From NCBI GenBank assembly GCA_043228905.1, contig JBHGNT010000013.1, positions 124,001 to 188,000 of the forward strand: DNA of 64,000 nt, given 5' to 3'. The notes under the pieces were generated by a model. The model was given only the letters and a program-made list of their open reading frames with translations, searched no databases and was not told the origin of the DNA. The translations under genes and the position numbers were made by a program. The DNA is from Azolla caroliniana (Eukaryota > Plantae > Polypodiophyta). This document shows positions 57,755 to 64,000 of this stretch, in pieces. Every line of letters starts with the position of its first letter. The first letter of the stretch is position 1.

Positions 57755-60700
57755 GTTCTCTGTTTTACGCTTCCGCAAACACTTACATTTACAAGTCCGT
57801 ATAGACTCTTCTTTAGCCGGCATACTAGGTGCTCCTTCCCTTTCTTCTCAAATCCTTCTGGTTGCTGCATGAAGATCTCCTCCTCAAGGTCCCCATGGAC
57901 AAACGCCGTCTTGACCTCTAGTTTCTCTACCTCGAGGTCCATGCTTGCTGCTATGCTCAACATCGTCCAGATGGAGGTCATCTTGATTACCGGGGCAAAG
58001 ATCTCGTCGAAATCCACTCCTTTCTTCTACTGGAACCCCTTCACCACGATCCGAGCTTTGTACCTTGGTGGATTTCTGGCGTCCCCTGGTTTCATCTTGT
58101 ACACCCACTTGTTCCATAGTGCTTTCTTTCCTTTCAGTAGCTCCATCAACTCATATGTGTGGTTCTCATGCAGGGAATCCATCTCGTCCTGCATGGCACT
58201 TAACCACTTACAGCTGTGGGTGTCATTCCTTGCCTCTTCGAAGCTTTCCAGCTCCCCCTCATCGGTCTGCAATACGTGTTCTGCATCCAGAAATCTCCGG
58301 GGGGCTCTTCTCTCTCGGAGAGGGTATATTTGTACTTGGTCTTCAACTATCGGTTCCTCCGTTTGTTCTTCATCCGAATTTGATTCGGGGTCTTGTTCGG
58401 TTCCGGTGTCTCCTCCTCCGTCTTCTTCGGCCAGTTCAGTTTCTTGTCTGAATCCAGCCGATTCATCGAGTGTCAATCTATTACCGACTAGCTTTCGGTT
58501 TTCAACCGGGTAGGTCCTTGTGTCCTCAAACTGGTTTTCATTGGATGATCCAGAGTTCTTCACCTTCTTCTCCGACTCCCAGTCGGCAATGGTTTTGTCT
58601 TCCATGAAGACTATATCTCGACTTCAGAACACCTTCTTGGCCACCAGATCCCCTACTTGATATCCAAACTCATCATTGCCGTATCCAAGGAATATGCATG
58701 GCTAGGACTTCGGATCCAACTTTGCTCTCTTGTACTTTGCAACATGCACATATGCGATACACCTGAATACCTTCACATGCTGGTAAGATACGTCTTTACC
58801 GGTTCATACTCTTTGTGGTGTGTCTTTGTCCAAGGGTGCGGAGGGTGATTTGTTAATCACGTATGTCACCATCATCAGCGCCTCAACCCAGACCGTCTTG
58901 GACAACTTTGCATGTGCTAGCATGCTTCAGACTCTCTCCATTATTGTCTAGTTCATCCATTTAGCCAACCCGTTCAGTTTTGGTGTCTTTGGCACAGTGA
59001 ATTCTAGCCGAATTCCCTTTGACTTGCAGTACTCCTCGAACTGCCCCTAGTACTCTCCTTCGTTATCTGCTCGAACCGCCTTCAGCTTCCGGCCAGTTTC
59101 TCTATCCACTCTCGTGTGGAGCTCCTTGAAGACGAACAACACCTGATCTTTTTTCTTCAACGCTAAGACCCACAGCTTCCGGCTGTGGTCATCTATGAAT
59201 GTCATGAAGTACTGTGATCCGGCATGTGACTTCGTGTCCACTTGACACACATCAGTATGCACCAGCTCTAGCGGTGCATTCCGTCTCATCGGTGGTCTTG
59301 ACGGGAAGGAGGTTCAGTTTTGCTTGCCGGCCAAGCAATCGGTGCACTTCTCCAGATGCACGTCTTTCACCTCTGGAATGAGGTTATCCTCGGCAAGTCT
59401 TCTCATCCCCTTCTAGCTCATGTGACACAATCTCTTGTGCCACAGCTCACCGGCAATGTCAGATACTACGTTCACTTCTTCTTGGCATATCCAAGCGTGC
59501 ATCAGGTACAATGTGTTGATCTTCCGGGCTCGAGCCACAATTAGGCTTCCCTTGTTGAACTTCATGATTCCGTTCCGGATGCTACCCGTGTAGCCTTCAT
59601 TGTCTAGCTGACCGGTTGATATTAGGTTCAACCGAACCTCTGGAACATGTCGGACATCTTTCAGCAGTAGCTTGCATCCGGTTGATGTAGTCAACCACAC
59701 ATCCTATGCTGACAATTCGACATGTGCCTTCATTCCCCATCCGAACACAATTGGATCTCCGGCTGTGTACGACGAGAAGCATCTCCGGTCCGGTATCAGA
59801 TGGAATGATGCTCCGGAATCGACAACCCACGTTGTCTCGTCGCCGACAATGTTTAACTCATTCTCTTCGGTGATGAGCATCAATTCTTCTTCACTTGTCG
59901 CGATTGCTGACATTCCCTTCCGATCCGGGCCTCTCCGGTCCGAACTCTTCTTCGAATTGGTATTGTTGGTCTCTTTCTCTTTCCGGAAATGCCGACAGTT
60001 CTTTTGGAAGTGCCCTGGCTTCCCACAATAGAACCAAGTAGGCCTCCCCCTTGACTTTGACCTTGTCCCCAACTTTTCCCGGTTTTGGGGACTCCGGTTC
60101 TGGTTTCTCCCACGTTGTGTGTTGGATTCGGAAATCAGGGCTTTTGGATCGGAGGTCACTTCCTTGTCTTTTCGATGCACCTCTTCATCTAGCAAGCTCG
60201 ACTTCACTCTTGCTAGGGACAATTTCTTTCCTTCCGGCCCGGCGTTGCCCAAAGTGAAAGCTAGTGTCTCCCAACTATCTAGGAGGGAACCGAGACGGAG
60301 CAATGCAAGTACCTCGTCAGCCAGAGGTACTTCGAATGAGTTGGCTGGATTTATGAGCCCTTGTAAGGCATTCATGTGCTCCGCCATGCTGGAGCCCTCT
60401 TGATATCTAATTCTCACTAGCTTCCGGAAAACCAAGACTCGATTTACACCATTCTTGTTTTGAAACATGATGCCGATCTTCTCCTAGAGTTCATGAGCCT
60501 TGCTTTCTTCGTTGAAGTTGTTATATAGGCTCATATCAATTAAGCATCGGATGTACGCCGTTGTCTTCATGTGCATAACCTCCCATGTTGTGGCATTGAT
60601 CTTGTTCGGTTTGTTGTCCCTGAACTGTACCGGCAACCAGAGATCTTTAACCACCAACATGTCCCTCATCTTCGACTTCTACACTGAGTAGTTGGAGCCG

Positions 60701-61366
60701 GTGAGCTTGAACATGCCGCCGAATGAGTCATTGATTTTCTTTGTTGTTATCACTCTCATACCAGTTTGTGTGGAATAGCGCTTGGCCACAACCTAGTCTC
60801 AAACACTGAAGATTAAAGAAAAATAGAGAAAGGAAATTGTTACACTACAAAGAACAGAGAGGACACAAGATGTTTACGTGGAAAAACCTAACAGAGAAAA
60901 ACCATGGGAGCCAACAGACTCCAAACTATCACTATATGAGAAAGGTACAATGCAGAAACTCAAAGGCAATGACCCCGAGCTCTTAGCCTCTGCCAAGTGG
61001 CGGTTACAAACAGAAACTGATCTAGTTTCTTTCTCTCTCTCTCTTGCTCTTGCTCTCACTCACTCTATCGGGTACACTATACAACAACATCAAGTGTAAC
61101 TTCAACAGATAACTACTACATATAAGTGATTGCCCTAAGTCATATTTATACTTATATGACTTTTGGGCTAATTACAAATATAGCCTTAGTGGGCTTATCC
61201 TAACATATTTACAAATATGTCCTTGGATCCAGTTTGCACCCGGTTCATTTGGATTCATTGGTTCCGGTTTCCAGATCTCAACTGGATTCCTCTTGGATCC
61301 GGTTCGTCCGATCTAGTACCTCCGGTTCTCAACCGGATCCCATATGAAGGGACTGAATTCCCAACA
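55327..61366 (-). mobile_element. Nested copia element 'W' (X family), LTRs 55327-55926 and 60767-61366
   Basis: Paired 600-bp LTRs TGTG...CCCAACA, TSD ACTAT/ACTAC, PBS TGGTATGAGAG, PPT, and broken gag-PR-INT-RT-RH closely similar to X. Confidence 0.92.
57396..57793 (+). mobile_element. Solo LTR (Z-related family) inside the RT of W
   Basis: TGTTGAG...TTTACA flanked by a perfect TSD AGTCC. Splits SLYGL|NQTP. Confidence 0.93.
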
Positions 61367-62866
61367 ACTACCGCCCAATGCTCTTTGCTCGGATTGCTCA
61401 TGAATTGGCTGATGACTCCGACTGTGTATCTGACGTCCGGCCTGGTACAAACCATTGCCTACATCTTGTTCATCTCAACTTTCTCTGCTTTCATCTTCGG
61501 ACATTGACATTTGTTCAGCTTGTAGTTTGTCGGCAATGTCAAACCAACTGTCTTAGCATCTTGCATGTTGAATCTCTGGAGCACCTTCATCACATATTTC
61601 TCATGTGAAAACCGTAGCAACTTCATTGTCTAATCCTAGACAATGTGCATACCCATAATCCTATTTGCCGAACCCATATCCTTCATCGCAAATGACTTGC
61701 TCAAGGCCTTCTTCAAGCTTCCGATTTTGTTCGGGTGTTGTCCGACAATTAGCATGTGGTTAACGTACAACGGGAGGATAAGGAAGTCTCCTTCTTCATA
61801 TCTCTTCATGAAGACGTAGTGGTTAGCTTGCATCTTGTGGAAAGCATGATCTACCATGAAGGATTTGAATTTCCAGTACCATTGCTGGGGAGCTTGTTTC
61901 AGTCCGTATAAGCTCTTCCTCAGTCGGCATGCCAGGTTCTCCTTTCTGTTCTCCACAAATCCCTCTGGTTGGTGCATGTAGATTTCTTCCTCTAAATCTC
62001 CATGCAGAAAGGCATTTTTGACATCTAATTGCTCAACTTCTAAATCCATGCTGGTTGCTATGCTCAACTTCATCCGTATTGACGTCATCTTTACTACTTG
62101 GGAAAATATTTCGTTGAAATCCACACCCTTCTTCTACTGAAAGCCTTTCACCACAATTTGGGCTTTGTATCTAGGTGAATTCCCGCCATCTCCCACCTTC
62201 AATTTGTATACCCACTTGTTCCGGAGTGCCTTCTTTCCTTTCGGCAGCTTGGTCAGTTCATAGGTGTAGTTTTCATGCAAGGAATCCATCTCATCTTGCA
62301 TGGCATGCAACCACTCTCGTTTGTGGGTATAGCTCTTATCTTCCTCGAAGCTTTCTGGCTCCCCCTCATTGGTTAACAATACATATTCTCTATCCGGAAA
62401 TCTCTGGAGGACCCTTCTTTCTCTTAGAGGGTATCTTCTGCCTTCGTTCGACGTAGTCGGGTCTTATTTGATTTCTTCAGTTGGCTCTTCATCCAAATTA
62501 GATTCGGATCCTCATTCGGCCAATTGTCTTCTTCCGACTGATTCCCCTTGTTCCTTAGTCGGCTCTTGACTTTGCTGATTATCTACTCGGCCAAGTGGTT
62601 TGTATCTGACTTTGGTCGGATCGATTGATGTTCGATTCGGCCCATCATCAACTCGGCTCGACTCGATAACTGAAGGCCTATTCTCGGTCGATTGGGAAGT
62701 TGATTCTGTCTTCTCCATCACCTAGTTGGGAATCGTCTTTTCTTCCATGAAGACAATATCTCGGCTCCTAATCACCGTTTTGTTGACTAGGTCCCATAGT
62801 CGATAGCCGAATTCATCTTCATTGTAGCCGAGAAATAGACACGGTCAGATCTTGGGATCAAGTTTC

Positions 62867-63791
62867 TGTTGAGAATCGATTCGTAAAACACCAAGATCAA
62901 ACGATACTGAAAATACACAACACAACCACATAACGACGTAGTACAAAAATATTTACGTGGAAACCTAAAAACAGGAGAAAACCACGAGAGAGGAAAACTT
63001 TCACTATACAGAGGATGTCGAGGATAGAGATTACAACACTCTGATTATGAGTGTATCAAACCACACAAGGTTCTTGGCGTCTGCCATTACGCACACAGCT
63101 ATGGCGCCTCTCTCTCTCTCTCTCTTTGCACTCCTCACGCTATTAAACATGACACTTTCGTCTGTTTTTGCCCTAGATGTATATCATCGTATATATTATT
63201 TACAATTGTAGCCACTACTACATATCATTGATTATTATGATTACTATAATAATAATAATAATAATAATCTATTCAAAAACATTGACTCTTCGTGTCGACT
63301 CTTCGACTATCAGCTATCGGTGTTTGGCTACTTCTGAAGAGTCGGTTCCTCCAGTGTCGGGTGTCGGCTATTTCTGAACAATTGGTTCCTCCCACTAGAG
63401 GGACATATTCCCAACAAACTCCCCCTTCACTCTTGTGGGAGGGTGTCAGTCAGTCCTGTCTTCTGTCGACAGTCTTTAAGTCTGTCCATAGGTAGGTTCT
63501 TCGTGAGCATGTCAGATCCATTGTTATCTGTGTGGAACTTCACAAGTGTGAACTCTCCTTCTTCGACCTTCTCTCGCAACTAGTGATACCTTCTCTGTAT
63601 GTGCTTGGTTCAGGAGTGATATGCAACATTCTTGGCAAGATGTATGGCACTTTGGCTATCACAGTGAAGCAAGAAATCCCTCTGGTTCATCCCTAGCTCG
63701 TTGAGAAAATTTCTCATCTAGATCAGCTCTTTGCCGGCCTCTACCGCTGCCATATACTTTGCCTCTGTAGTCGACAAGGCTACAGACTTCT
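62867..63791 (-). mobile_element. Copia element 'U' 3' end (LTR 62867-63416, PPT, RNase H)
   Basis: LTR TGTTGAGA...CCCAACA, AACTCCCCCTT, then minus-strand LHCDSQSAIHLAKNVAYHS.TKHIQ. Confidence 0.82.
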
Positions 63792-64000
63792 TGTTGAGAT
63801 ACAAGCTCAACATTGGCCGGATTGGCTGTGCAAGCCGAGAACCGGATTGGTTGGGATTGATCGGTTAGGCCGGACCAGTGCGCAATGAGAAGCCGTAACG
63901 GTGCGTAAACCGCGAGGCCGTTGGAAAGATATTCCGCGCAGGAATATATTTTGGGAGTTAGTGTAGAGCTCATTTATGAGCATTGAAGTACATATCAGTA
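63792..64000 (+). mobile_element. Start of another LTR 'T' (Z-related) inserted in the RNase H of U; runs off the window
   Basis: Begins TGTTGAGATACAAGCTCAACA and shares TGAGCATTGAAGTACAT with solo LTR 57396-57793. Confidence 0.8.

Larger units (their letters stand above)
54334..62866 (-). mobile_element. Decayed copia element 'V' (3' LTR 54334-54767), interrupted by W and then U
   Basis: LTR TGTTGAGG...CCCAACA plus PPT, RNase H 54780-55326, and RT/INT 61367-62866, continuous across the W insertion (KEHWAV|VKWIL). Confidence 0.82.

Overview
This is plant nuclear DNA, most likely from a fern or another flagellated-sperm vascular plant. That assignment is an inference from the class-2 DYRK kinase and the style of the PPR gene. 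Four apparently intact host genes sit in a retrotransposon-rich landscape: a class C auxin response factor with a miR160 site and no visible PB1 domain (+, 16810-18957); a PLS-E PPR protein that, after removal of a 71-bp intron, carries an N-terminal OSB-type 'PDF' ssDNA-binding motif (-, 21163-23621); a 14-exon DYRK2-class kinase (+, 39897-48619); and an intronless FAD-dependent amine-oxidase-family gene (+, 49501-51135). There is also an HSP70 pseudogene fragment. The transposable elements are a decayed RTEX-like LINE (1366-11440) interrupted by a near-intact, very young Ty1/copia element (4928-10506, TSD CAAGA), Ty3/gypsy remnants, a MITE-like element, and two nested copia stacks (24774-36216 and 52415-64000). 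The most notable observations are the PDF-PPR fusion, a conserved hairpin enclosing the PPT in several copia elements, and a copia pol 3' extension that also occurs as a captured antisense fragment in another element. All coordinates and splice models were read by eye.
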